Position numbers and translations under genes: made by a program. Below, piece by piece: positions 1-11,051 of a DNA stretch of 31,628 nt (position 1 is the stretch's first letter; each line of letters opens with the position of its first letter). This DNA is from Chlorokybus atmophyticus (lineage: Eukaryota > Plantae > Mesostigma and Chlorokybus algae): positions 1-31,628 of the forward strand of contig RHPI01001026.1 in the NCBI GenBank assembly GCA_009103225.1. Direction: 5' to 3'. Below the pieces are notes generated by a model. That model was not told the origin of the DNA and made no database searches. It worked only from the letters and a program-made list of their open reading frames with translations.

Positions 1-117
1 ACCCTAACCCTAACCCTAACCCTAACCCTAACCCTAACCCTAACCCTAACCCCTAACCCTAACCCTAACCCTAACCCTAACCCTAACCCTAACCCTAACC
101 CTAACCCTAACCCTAAC
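1..117 (-). repeat. Telomeric repeat array (CCCTAA)n / (TTAGGG)n at the left chromosome end
   Basis: About 19 tandem CCCTAA units from base 1, with one CCCCTAA variant near position 50. The C-rich strand on + at the window start is the orientation expected for a left end. Confidence 0.97.
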
Positions 118-700
118 TTACAGCACTTGTGCAAATGGGGTTGGTGATGGCGTACACGACTGCGTTTCAATGATTGGTGATGTCGATACCCAATATGACG
201 GAGGAGGAGCAGCTAGACAGGTATACATATGGTTTAAAGCCTTTGGGGCGTAAAGAAGTGAAGCTACGGGACCCGAAGACACTCGCGGAGGCTATGAGCA
301 ATGCGGAGCGTGTTGACGTGTTGTACTTCAAGTCTACCACAAGAAACATTGACTGGAGGCAAAGGCATGATGATCAGCCCCGAGGAGGCTTTCAACATGC
401 ATAGAGACGAGGAGAACCAAGTTTAGCACTTGCCAATGGAAGTGGAGCTGACTCTGGGCCTGCACCAATGGAGGTGGGTGCCATACACACGCATGGAAGT
501 GAGGCGAAGCACGGCGGACGTGGTGAAAGAGGTAAAGGTGTGCGCAAGTGTTATGCGTGTGGGTCGACGGAGCATTTGGCTTTTGGATGCCCCAAACGAA
601 GCACGCAAAGGCCAACACCAGATGGCAACCCTCGCCGCGATCGTCGCGTCAACACCATGGAGCAAAATGGCGTGGAGTAGGAAATTGACTTCCCCCAGTA
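117..700 (+). pseudogene. gag: Ty3/gypsy gag remnant, 5'-truncated (capsid C-terminal part and CCHC zinc knuckle)
   Basis: One frame from 117 reads LTALVQMGLVMAYTTAFQ*LVMSIPNMTEEEQLDRYTYGLKP...APMEVGAI...CYACGSTEHLAFGC (CX2CX4HX4C). In-frame stops at 171, 402 and 678. Confidence 0.9.
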
Positions 701-2712
701 GGTGAGGAGGCTATTGCTGGGGATAGGAAGGAGCCTCATGCACGAACGAATGCTGTGACATTTCCATTAACGAAGCAAGAGGAGATGGCTTTGAACGCGC
801 CTGTAACAGCCTGGGGCATTTTTTGTATTTTATTGTACATAAAGTACTTATTTGGCCTTTTTTGCTGGCTTGATGAGGGCTTTTATGAGCTTTATTAAGC
901 CCATGTGGCGCCTGCCCCTGCTGCCGCGCGCGACTCGCCTGCGACCTGCTCGACAGCAGCTAATTCGGCGACGTGACCCACCTGCCACGCGGTTGTGACA
1001 CAGCCGCTGATTGGACACGCGCTGTGCAGTGCCAGGTGACGCGGACTGCACAGTCTCACAGCCGCCGAAGGCCCAACGCGCGTGGCGGGGAGCCTGCACT
1101 TGGACCTGCCTTTAGATTTGGTAGTGAATAATGAAATGCCTGTTAATTAGGCTATTTCTTCCTAGTGCTTGTATAAATAGAAAAACCCTGTGTAATGCAA
1201 CCAACTTTGTTTTCTGCTCTCTGCTGTGAGTATGCTGGTGCATGCTTGAGGGAGTTGTGGTCCAAGGCACACTGCTGCGTTCTTGCTTGGCGTGAGAAGT
1301 AGTAGTGTTCGTGTGCGTGGGCGCGCTCGACGCGTGCGTGCGTGCGCGAGTGAAGGCAAGGTTCCGGTGTGAAGATTGTGCTCAGCTGCACGCATGTGTT
1401 GTATGACTTGTGTGCTGTGTATGTGAGCACGAGCATCGTTACAGCGCCAATGGTGGTGAGTTATGCAAACGAGGAGACAACAAAGTACTTTGGGCTTCGA
1501 GCACACATTTGCGATGACCAAGGACGATGGAGAGAGTGTAAGCTCATGATTGATAGCGGTGCCAACAGCAACTTCATGAGTATTGATATCGCGCGGCGTT
1601 ACGGTTGGCTTTCGTCATTACGAGGAGGTGAAGTGAAGCTCGCTGATGGAGAGTCAGTCACCCTCTGGAGGTGATGGCGCTGCGTTTATGACCGCAGAGT
1701 TGTGCTTTTGCATTGGGAAGATAAAGGAGATCATTCGATTTTGTTGCATCACCCTACGGAACGGGTTTGACGGGATATTGGGACTACCGTGGCTATGGCA
1801 ACATAATCCATCCATCAATTGGAGGAAGCGCGCGCTCACTATCGAACGAAATAGTGGAGAATCCATTCAAGCTGCGTCGGACGTCATCGAGGCGCGGCAC
1901 GCACAATCAAGTGGTACGACGATTGCTCTGATCTGTTATGTGCAATTGAGGAAGTTATTGTCTCAACGGAAGGCAAAGGCTGCATGGTTGTGTGTGGTGC
2001 GCGAAAACACTGCAAAGTCAGCACCAAAGCTGAGTGACGATGTTAAGACGGCTACGATGGACCCCGAGGTGTGTAAACTTGAAAAAGAATATCAAGATAT
2101 CATGGTGGACGAACTTCCATCTGGTCTACCACCTCCACGGAGCGTAGACCACCGTGTGGAGCTGATTGAGGGCGTGCACAAGCCACCATATCGACCCGTA
2201 TACAAGTTGTCACCTTTGGAGCTGGAAGAGGCCGAGAGGCAGGTTGCGGACTTGCTGAAAAGAGGCTACATCAGGCCTAGTAAGTCCCCCTATGGTGCAC
2301 CTATTTTGTTTGTACGAAAGAAGAACGGGAGCTTGCGCATGCGTGTCGACTAGCGAGCTCTCAACAACATCACGAAGAGGAATTGCTTTCCACTCCCACG
2401 TATCGACGAGTTGCTGGAGCAATTGCAAGGTGCGCAGTACTTCACAGCACTTGATCTTGCTGGAGGTTATCACCAAATCCGCATCGCGCCCGACGATGTG
2501 GAGAAAACAGCTTTTAACACACATTATGGGCACACGATTGGTTGGTCATGTCTTTCGGACTTACAAACGCGCCGACAACATTTCAAATGCTAATAAACAG
2601 CGTTTTCGCTGAGTTGATTGGTAAGGGAGTCCTCTTGTATCTCGACGACATTTTGGTGTACGCGAAAACAAAGGAAGAGCACGTGGCACTTCTACGGCGC
2701 GTGTTGCAGCGT
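689..2712 (+). pseudogene. pol: Ty3/gypsy pol remnant: aspartic protease and N-terminal reverse transcriptase, interrupted by a solo LTR and 3'-truncated
   Basis: Protease motif LMIDSGANSNF. RT motifs PSKSPYGAPILFVRKKNGSLR, FPLPRIDELL, DLAGGYHQIRI, MSFGLTNAPTTFQ and YLDDILVY. Frameshifts near 1664 and 2535 and a stop at 2351. Homology ends near 2712, before RNase H. Confidence 0.93.
802..1443 (+). mobile_element. Solo LTR (642 bp) with 5-bp target-site duplication GCGCC
   Basis: Begins TGTAACA and ends GTTACA, with GCGCC at 797-801 and 1444-1448. Removing it restores the pol frame (...EEMALNAPMVVSYANEE...). TATA-like GTATAAATAG near 1170. Confidence 0.92.
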
Positions 2713-2770
2713 ATGCCGATCGATTGTCATGTAGACGCATATTGTGTGCATGCGTGCATAGGTGCATGTG

Positions 2771-3271
2771 TGTCACGAATTGGGATAAACTGTAACAGAC
2801 CTCACTCATGGTAGTGACGTTTACTACCATAGCCTAGTGGTCGGGCCTTGATTGTTACAATGATATTGGAGCTTGACGTCTTTGGTTCAATTCCCGTAGG
2901 GGACTGAGGCAAATCTAAGGCAAAAACATTTGAGGCGGCTTGCCCAAGGCTAGGCGCGGGATCACAACCAACGCGCCGAGCCAGTTCAACCTAAGGCCGC
3001 GTGAGCGATTGCGCTGCAATGGCAGGTCGCGCGGTGAGAATGACCGTGCGGTTGGTCGGGACCATTCGTGGGCCGGATCCAACAGGTCGCGGGCAGACCG
3101 ATCGTGGTACGGCCGCGAACACGGCAACGTGAGCTAGTGCCTCATTGAATTATGAGGAACTCACGGGTTAAAATTGGGGAGGAATGTCACGAATTGGGAT
3201 AATTGTGACAGACCTCACTCGTGGTGGTGTCTTTACTACGATAGCCTAGTGGTCGGACCCCAATTGTTACA
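2771..3271 (+). mobile_element. TRIM-like miniature LTR retrotransposon (~500 bp, non-coding)
   Basis: Direct repeats at 2771-2859 and 3185-3271 (TGTCACG...TGTTACA, ~86% identical). Degenerate PBS-like TGATATTGGAGC at 2861 and purine-rich tract AAAATTGGGGAGGAA just before the 3' LTR. Flanks ATGTG and ATGTA form a 4/5 TSD. Confidence 0.82.
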
Positions 3272-4098
3272 ATGTACATCTAGAACAATATGTGTGCTAT
3301 TGTAAAGGTTTATATAGGAGAAGACTTAGCGGTGACGAAGCACAACACTTGCAAAAAAAAAGTACGTGCTCTGAATCATGGAGCTGAAGCCGGTTTACCG
3401 CCGTTGCTGCCACCAACCCTTAGGCTGCCTGGAGTAAGCGGGCTGCCGCCGCCTCTTGCCACTAGCACTATGTGCTATGGGCTGTTCATGGCAAGAACAG
3501 AAGCGGGCCGCTTCCGCCATTGACATGCCTTCCGTCGGCAAAGCTGCAAATTTGAACCGGACGAAAATCCCAGTTTCACCTCAACTAGCCGTTGTCCGCC
3601 AGTAGAAAGGGGGCAAACGGTCAGCTGGCCTATTTCTTTCAAGACAGATGTTTGCGCCGGAAGCAAACATTCTCCTATCGGGCACAAGATTGCACTTCCG
3701 GTCAAATACATCAATCATCCGGTTTTTTGCCAGACGGACTGGGAGCAAGGCGCGGCGACAGCACAACGTATTTCGTGGATTCTGCCCACACTGCGCTGTG
3801 AGGGAGAAACGTGGGATTTTCTCATTGCATTACAACCATGGGAGCACTGACCCCGGCGCCCACGTTGCAGCCGGCAGCGCGGCGTTGGGCCATGAGTGCT
3901 CTGGTTTTTATGTTGCTCTAAAGAAAGGCGGCTCTGTGGGTGACAGTCACCACCGTCGCCTGCCTGTGGGCATCAGCATTGCCGGGGCGGCTGTGCTCGA
4001 GTTCTTTCTGGGTGGCGCCGCCGGCTCAGCATTCCTGTGTGCGGAAGCGCAGTGCATGCGCAACGGTGTAGAGGCGATTGAGCTGAGCGTGCACAAGC

Positions 4099-7000
4099 AT
4101 GGCGCCGCCGGCCAGGCCGGGAGCGGTGCGGCTGAGGGTTGCGGACGAGGACGACCAGGAGGACAGCGCTGCAGCAGCGCCGCCGCAGCGCCGGCTTTTG
4201 ACGTCCGCCACCTCTAGGCCTGCTCGAGCCACGGCGCCGCCGCCCACGACAAGCATTGCCCCAGCTGCACGCGGCAGGAGTGCGCCCGCAGTGCGACTGA
4301 CCCTTGACGACTCTGATGAGGAATTGTGGGCAGCTGACCGCAGAGCCAGCGACAGGACCACAGGCCGCACCACCTCCACCTCACGTCTGCCAGCAGCCGC
4401 AGCGCCGGCACCAGCCTCCACCTGGCTTCCACGCAGGTTGGGGCTCGTCTACCGTGTTTCTTGCTGCTGGTCATGTCGTTTGCAGCATTGCGATTGCCAT
4501 TCTCTGGTCTTGCTTGCCTCTTAATTGCTTGTGTACTGGCATGTCATGGGGGAAGCATGTCTTGCAACTTGTAGACAGCTGGCACGTGGCATTTTTGCTC
4601 AATTTGCTTGTCGAAGCGCATTTGTCTCTCGTTATGTGTTTTGCTGAAACGGTGGTTGTCAAAGTCCCTCTATGGTACCTCTTGTCGACTGTTATGCATC
4701 CTGGGTGTTGGCTGCACTCTTGGCCTAATGTTGCCCAGGTTCATGTCTTCAGCTACTGCGAAAGTGACATTAGCTTGTGCCTGACCCTTTCTTGGTTGCA
4801 GCACTTTAGACTGGGATGACGACTACGGCACAGACCGGAAGAAATATGGCCTAGTGAATGAAAAGAAATATGGCAAGTATGACTACCCAGCCGAAGAAGA
4901 TGCCTTCACCGGCAAAGTTTCTGTGCGCGTAAAAGATCTGTATGGTTTTGATCATGACGACCTCTACAGTGATCGTTATGACATGTTTGATCTGGCCGGT
5001 GAGGGCAAGGGCAGCAATTTGGGAGTTGAAGGTGAAGAAGGCGAGCAGGATGAGACTGATGAAGCTGAAGCTGAAGAAGAGGCTGCAAGGGCCAAGAAGT
5101 CACAGAAGCAGGTTAGTTCAGGTCTCAGTTGCAACGCGTCTGAAACCGATGAGAACTTGTTTTTACACAAGGTCATTCTGCTTGACGTACTTTGGTTTGC
5201 ATATTGCAGGAGGTAGTGTGGACAGCAGAGCGCCCATATAGGAGAAATCAGTGGGTCATATGCGCCCTGTCTAGTGGTCTGGTGCTTCTGCTCCTTGGGC
5301 TCTGGGCGTGGCGTTACATTAAATACTGCTTGGATGACGGACGGTGGTTTCGATGCCTACATTTCTTGGCATTCCCTTTCATTGCTTTCTTCATGGCGTT
5401 TGCTTGCAACATCCTCTTCTTGTCGATAATCAACACATTCGGACCTGTTGCACATATTGAAAAGAATTCCAGATATTATTCCTCGATTGCACCCCCACCG
5501 TACTCCGGCCCAGATCCTTTGCCCATGATCACAGTACAGGTATTGAATCGCACTGCGTTGTGGTAGATTGCTATAGTTGCAGCAGAATAGTGCAAATCTA
5601 ATGTGCTGCACTTGTGCAGATGCCTGTCTACAAGGAGGGCTTTAGTGTGGTGCTACAGCCAACACTGGAGTCAGTCATGCAGGCAACAAGACGGTATGGT
5701 GCTAACTGGCTGCTGTATTGTGGGTTGTCATAGACATAAGTGGCTAATAGAATGTGCGATTGCTATGCTTCTGTTCCTGTGATATACTGCAATAGCAATT
5801 GCCTGTCAGGCTTTGCTGGTTTCAACGCTCACTGGCTGCATGTCGCAGATATGAAGAACAGGGTGGGCGTGTCAACATTTTTATCAATGATGATGGCCTG
5901 ATGGTTGTTCCGCGCAAGGAGCGCAACCGCCGGATAGCTTACTATCGCATGCACAATATTGGCTTTGTAGCACGTCCTGCTGAGGGCCGCAAGGGTCGAT
6001 TTAAGAAGGCCTCCAACATGAACTTTTGTCTGCACACTTCACAAAGGGTGAGGCTGCACAGGAGTGATGCTGCCACTGCCTACGCTGTTGCATTGCCGCA
6101 AAGCATTGAGTGTCCTCATTCATGCTGACCTGGTGCTTGTACCAGGTCATGGAACGCACGGAGCAGCTTGGGGGAGTTGCGTACATGGGCCAGGCTCTGC
6201 ACGATGTTCTTGAAGAAAGCAATCACTCTTTCATGATGGGTGGCGATGTTCGTGTAGGAGAGTTCATTCTGCTCATTGACTCAGACACTCGCATTCCGGA
6301 AGACTGTATGCTTCCGTCTGTAACTGAGTTGATGATGTCTCCTGAAGTGGCTTTCACCCAGCATCTGACCTCACCCATGCAGGTTGGTTTAGAGCATGGT
6401 TGCACTTGATGTCAACTTGAGATGAGCTGATCTATATGCTGGGTTGCGTTTTAATTCTGATGGTGGTGGCAGATTGTGGGCGACTACTGGGAAAATGCCA
6501 TCGCGCACTTCACCAACACAATCTACAAGGTGGCGGTTGTCATTGCATGCTCTGGTGGTGATCCGGCACCGCTTGTTGGTCACAATGCATTTCTGCGCTG
6601 GGCAGCTCTGCAGGTAATCCCAACCATCGGAAGTTGCACTGTTTCCAGTCAACAGTAGTGCCTCACGCATAGCAGTCGGGAAATTGTTGACATATGCGTC
6701 AGTATGCTCTTTGCAGCAAAACAGGTGCGTCATTTAATTAGTGATATTTAGTCAATGACGCAACGGAATGATGACTGCAGGAGGTTGGCTGGCAAGAGGA
6801 CGGAGTCACAAAATACTGGTCAGAGTCCCATGTGAGTGAAGACTTCGACATGGCCCTGCGGCTGCAGAGCAATGGTTACATTGGTCGCTACATCACGTTC
6901 ACGGGACCCAACTTCAAAGAGGGACTCAGCCTGACAGTTCATGACGAAATCACCCGATTTCAGAAGTATGCGTTTGGCAGTTCTGAGATGATTTTCAACC

Positions 7001-7915
7001 CAATCAAGCAGTGGCTGTACCGGGGTCCCGTCTCTCCTGTGATCCGGCGCTTCCTGGCTTGCAAGCAGGTGTGCAGCTGTCAAGTGGTGTCGGTTGGCTA
7101 TGCTTTTGCATCGAATTGGCTTGAAATGACAATGAACCCTGACGTGGTCTTGTCAGGTTCCGCTTTTTTACAAATACAATCTGTTTGGCTACCTGGGCAC
7201 ATACTTTGCGATGGCGACTGCTCCGTTCGCTGCTTTGTTCAACTACTTCATGTGGCAATTCTCGTAAGTAGCCATGTGTAACCAAGTGTTGTTACCACTG
7301 CGGCCAGGAAGGTGCTAACATGGAGGTTGGTGTTGCAGGTATAACACGTTGTGGCCTACAGAAGTTATTCACACCATCGATATTGTTTTATTTTCATTAA
7401 TTCTGTTTGGATTCATCTGCCCTCTTACATTGGCGATTTTGAAGTATCGTCTTAGTCACACGTCTCTGCTCCGCGGTGTTTTGACGGAGTTCCAGCACAC
7501 CGTTGCACTGATGGTCTTTTTCACTGGTATTGGTTACCATTTGCAGAACGCTGTCATCGCTCACCTATTCCAGGTACTATCGCATTGCTTTCAGTATGGG
7601 CTGTGTTTGCTTGCTTTTACTAGCGGTCACTTACTGAACTTGTCGCTTTGACAGTCCAAGATGGAGTGGTCGTCAACAGTCAAGGAGTTGAAAAAAAGCA
7701 ACTTCTTCCAGGAAGTGAAGGTGACCGTGGCTGGGTACAAGTGGATGTACATACAGGTTATCTTCTGGCTCATTGTGATTGGCGGCATGTGGAACGTACC
7801 AATTCCGTACCAGATCCGCAGTGTATATGCCATTGCGCCACTCGCTATTCTTCTCATCGGACACGCGTTGCTGCCTGTGGTACTGAATCCAGTGCTCATG
7901 AAGATTAAGTTCTAG
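4099..7915 (+). CDS. Family-2 (GT2) membrane glycosyltransferase, cellulose-synthase-like superfamily; 11 exons, ~839 aa
   Basis: Exons 4099-4436, 4802-5111, 5210-5539, 5620-5693, 5849-6047, 6146-6382, 6473-6613, 6781-7068, 7157-7263, 7339-7573, 7655-7915. All introns are GT-AG and phase-consistent, total 2520 nt. Motifs MPVYKEG, FINDDG, FKKASNMN, LLIDSDTR (DxD), GHNAFLRW, SEDFDMALRLQ and RFQKYAFG. Hydrophobic segments in exons 3 and 9-11. The start codon and exon 1 are the least certain parts. Confidence 0.88.
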
Positions 7916-8121
7916 TTGAGATGCAGAACTGTACATGGCGTGTACAGGATTACTGCCCCCTTGTTGTTTCAGTGTTGTTTCAGTAGTGCTGCACATGCAC
8001 CGTTGTCAACGACCCTGTCAGCACACTGACAGGAACCCACACTAGGTGACTGTTGTATGAAGTTAGTTGCACCTTAGTAGGCCTACTTGTATTTAGCTCG
8101 CATTGGCTGGCAGGACCTTGT

Positions 8122-8577
8122 GGGTGGGTAAATAATTACTTAGTTCCTGTGCGTCGCACCAATTTGTTTGTGATGGCTTGGCCAGAGGAACGCTGAGTTG
8201 GACACACGTGGTGCCGAACTGATTGTGTCAGTTTTATACTCATCTATGCTATGTGTGTATACCGCCACATGATAAAGCCACATGTTTCTGCGCATAGATA
8301 CAATAGTGACAGCCACAAGCAAGTGTCATTCAAGGACAGGTTCATACGCGGGTGGGTAAATAATTATTCAGTTTCCTGTGCGTCGCACCAATCTGTTTGT
8401 GATGGCTTGGCCAGAGGAAGCTGAGTTGGACACACGTGGTGCCGAACTGATTGTGTCAGTTTGATACTCATCTATGCTATGTGTGTGTACCGCCACATGA
8501 TAAAGCCACGTGTTTCTGTGCATAGATACAATAGTGACAGCCACAAGCAAGTGTCATTTAAGAATAGGCTCATACGC
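8122..8577. repeat. Tandem duplication, 2 x 228 bp
   Basis: GGGTGGGTAAATAATT...CATACGC at 8122-8349 and again at 8350-8577, with scattered substitutions. Confidence 0.93.
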
Positions 8578-10153
8578 AAGTTGCAATGTCTGTGCATAAG
8601 CACGCATGACAATGCATTCATATTCTTATAAGCTGTGCCACGCATGGCAGACAACATCAAGTTAACTCATGTCAGCCTCGACCAATGGCAACCACAGCCG
8701 CTTAGTCTTTCAATGGTACACACAGTGTAGGGTGTAGTCGTTGGCCTTGTGCTCGTTCTCACCTCTGCCTCTCCCTCCTTGCGCCCCTCTGCTGCTTTGC
8801 TCAAGTATACCTTAATGCAACTTCAGCATGCCTAAGCCCTTGCTTTGCCCGTCTTAGTCGTTTGCATTGGCACATGCTGTGTGTTGTTACTGTGGTCGTT
8901 GCGTTGTGTGGTTCATACTGTCCGAGATATTGGCCGTGCTGTTGCTTTGTTCTGCTTTGTCTTGCCGCAGTGGTGGAGACAAAAGATAATGTGTTGCATT
9001 TATTCACACATTCCCGCGCTCATGAATAATCATGCAAATGCAAGCATTATAGCTAGGCTAGTAAGCATGCAACAACTACAGATACGTATTGTATTGTGCT
9101 ACTCATTCGCTTATGATCACCCAGCCAAGCGCTAGCTTGGTAAAGGGTATTCACATCATGATGAAGCTAATAAACAAGGGTGTTTTCTTTAGCTTTGTGG
9201 TGTGTTATGATGGTGCAATATACCCTACCATGGTATGTGTCAATTTCATGAGACATTAATATATGGTAAGTAGAGAAGGGGAGTTTCTATCTCCGATTAT
9301 GTAAATGTAGACCATCATGCGGTGTTTTATAAGCAGTAAAATTGCATGCAATGGTGTAATAGTAGACTTCTCATTATTAAATCAAGCGCTCGTGTGCACC
9401 GCGGGGTTATTAAGCAAAGGCCTTTTCCCCGCCTGTGGCAGATGGAAAAAGGCTCTCCTGTGTAGAAAGCGTGTTTCATGCACACGTTTGGTTGACATTG
9501 GCAATAAGTCTATTAATGCACTACTATAGCAAGCTTTCACAAATAGCTTTCACAAACACCCCTAGTGAAAGGGGTACATCAGCTTGGTTGCCTAAGGGAA
9601 TGTTGTTTTGTTGGGTTTGTCGCAAATTGTACACGGTGATTAACTAAGGACTGAGGGACTGACAGGTGCCTGAGCCTGCCTGCCGCTGCCTGAAATGTTA
9701 CTTTTGGATTGTTGGGTTTGCCGTTAGCTTGAGTGGACTGACGCAGACGGCCGCGGGCCGAAAGTGGTTGTGAGTGGCACTGACCGGCCGAGAGTTGTCA
9801 ACCAGTTACCCTTTGGTCGATGTGTTCAGACGGCCGTTAGCCGGTAGTTATGGACAGCTGACAGCAATAGCCGGCAGTTTCTTTGCCGTTACACTGCTGT
9901 TAATGTGTGACCCTTACCGCTTGACAAAAGTTGGCAATTCTTGCCGGAAGCCAACACGAACATGCCATGCAGCTTGTACAAACCTTGGACTGATTGTTTG
10001 GTCTTGCACCTATAAGCCCACAATATATACAATGTACAGGCAGTGGTGAGAGTATGTCCACTTGCAACATAGCAGCCGACTTGCGTATGAAACTACCCTA
10101 TAACATTGAGTCTAGCTATCGCACTCATGCGCCGCTTGTCGACCCGTGGTGCC

Positions 10154-10377
10154 TCAGAACTCCTCCTCAACCCCCTCCTCATGTTCCTCCTCCGACAAGT
10201 CTTCTGCTTCAACATCGGAGTCATCTTCATCTGCAACCTCGCTCGCTGACAGTACAGCGGCTACTTCGTCCTTCAACTTGAATGTCAGCGCCTCGCCGTG
10301 CACGCGCATGCTGTCGGGCTTCGCGGGGTCGAGGGCTGGTGTGTCTCAAGCGGTTGAGCTGTAGCTGGTAGCAGCAC
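10154..10377 (-). pseudogene. Orphan 3' coding fragment with acidic tail, truncated by an LTR
   Basis: Minus frame reads DTPALDPAKPDSMRVHGEALTFKLKDEVAAVLSASEVADEDDSDVEAEDLSEEEHEEGVEEEF*. It abuts the LTR end at 10378, with one upstream TGA. Confidence 0.45.
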
Positions 10378-11051
10378 TGTGACGGTGCTCGTGCCTTGTC
10401 ATCTGTGAGTTGGTCCAATCCACAACCTTCTCACCAAGACACGGTATTCACACCGGAACCTTGCCCCCTCTGCCAAGCACACACGCGCGCCCCGCCACTC
10501 GCGTACGCACGCGCATGCGCTCGAAGCTACACACCGACTTGTGTAGCGCCTTGGATGGTCACACAAGCAAGCACACATCAGTGGACACACGCTAGCAACC
10601 CCTGCTAGCCACCACCAAGCGTGCACACAAGAAACTAGGAAGCTAAAGGTTGTATTGCAAATTGTAGAATGTCACTTTTATATCTACCAGTCTGCACATG
10701 CTACTGTCTAGACAATTCTAGCGCTAGACGGAACTAAAAGCTAAAATTATTCTTGCAGAATCTTGTAGTACACTTCTAGACCTTTCCAACGCACCAAAGA
10801 TCTCCTAATTTGCTGCTCATATGGTCAAGTTATACTACTTGGCGCCAGGCCCTTCCAGAAACCTGGTCGAGCCCTTCTCGACTGGCCCTCCGTTTTCTGG
10901 CACCTTCCGGACTGGTCTTGGGACCCCGGTCGATATCCGCGGCAGACTCATAACTCGCCGATATCCGCCACAAGTCATAAAAAACATGTACCTTGCAAAA
11001 TAAGGTCTAAAACGGCCATGAAAGTCACAAAATTTGGCCTTGACTGTTACA
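10378..11051 (-). mobile_element. LTR (674 bp) related to the 802-1443 LTR, with non-matching flanks
   Basis: Minus strand starts TGTAACAG and ends GCACGAGCACCGTCACA (other LTR: GCACGAGCATCGTTACA). It shares the 19-mer GGCAAGGTTCCGGTGTGAA (1355-1373 vs 10447-10465). Flanks are AGCAC and TTCAT. Confidence 0.82.

Noticed and set aside
3581-4474. Overlapping ORFs such as 3648-4217 (+) and 4026-4421 (-)
   Set aside because: These are shadow ORFs of GC-rich promoter and exon-1 sequence. They have no motifs, and the 4099 frame splices cleanly into the GT2 gene.
6717-6724. Possible 8-nt microexon (TTGCAG|CAAAACAG|GTGCGT) in GT2 intron 7
   Set aside because: It would shift the frame. Direct joining gives a sensible ALQ-EVGWQEDG.
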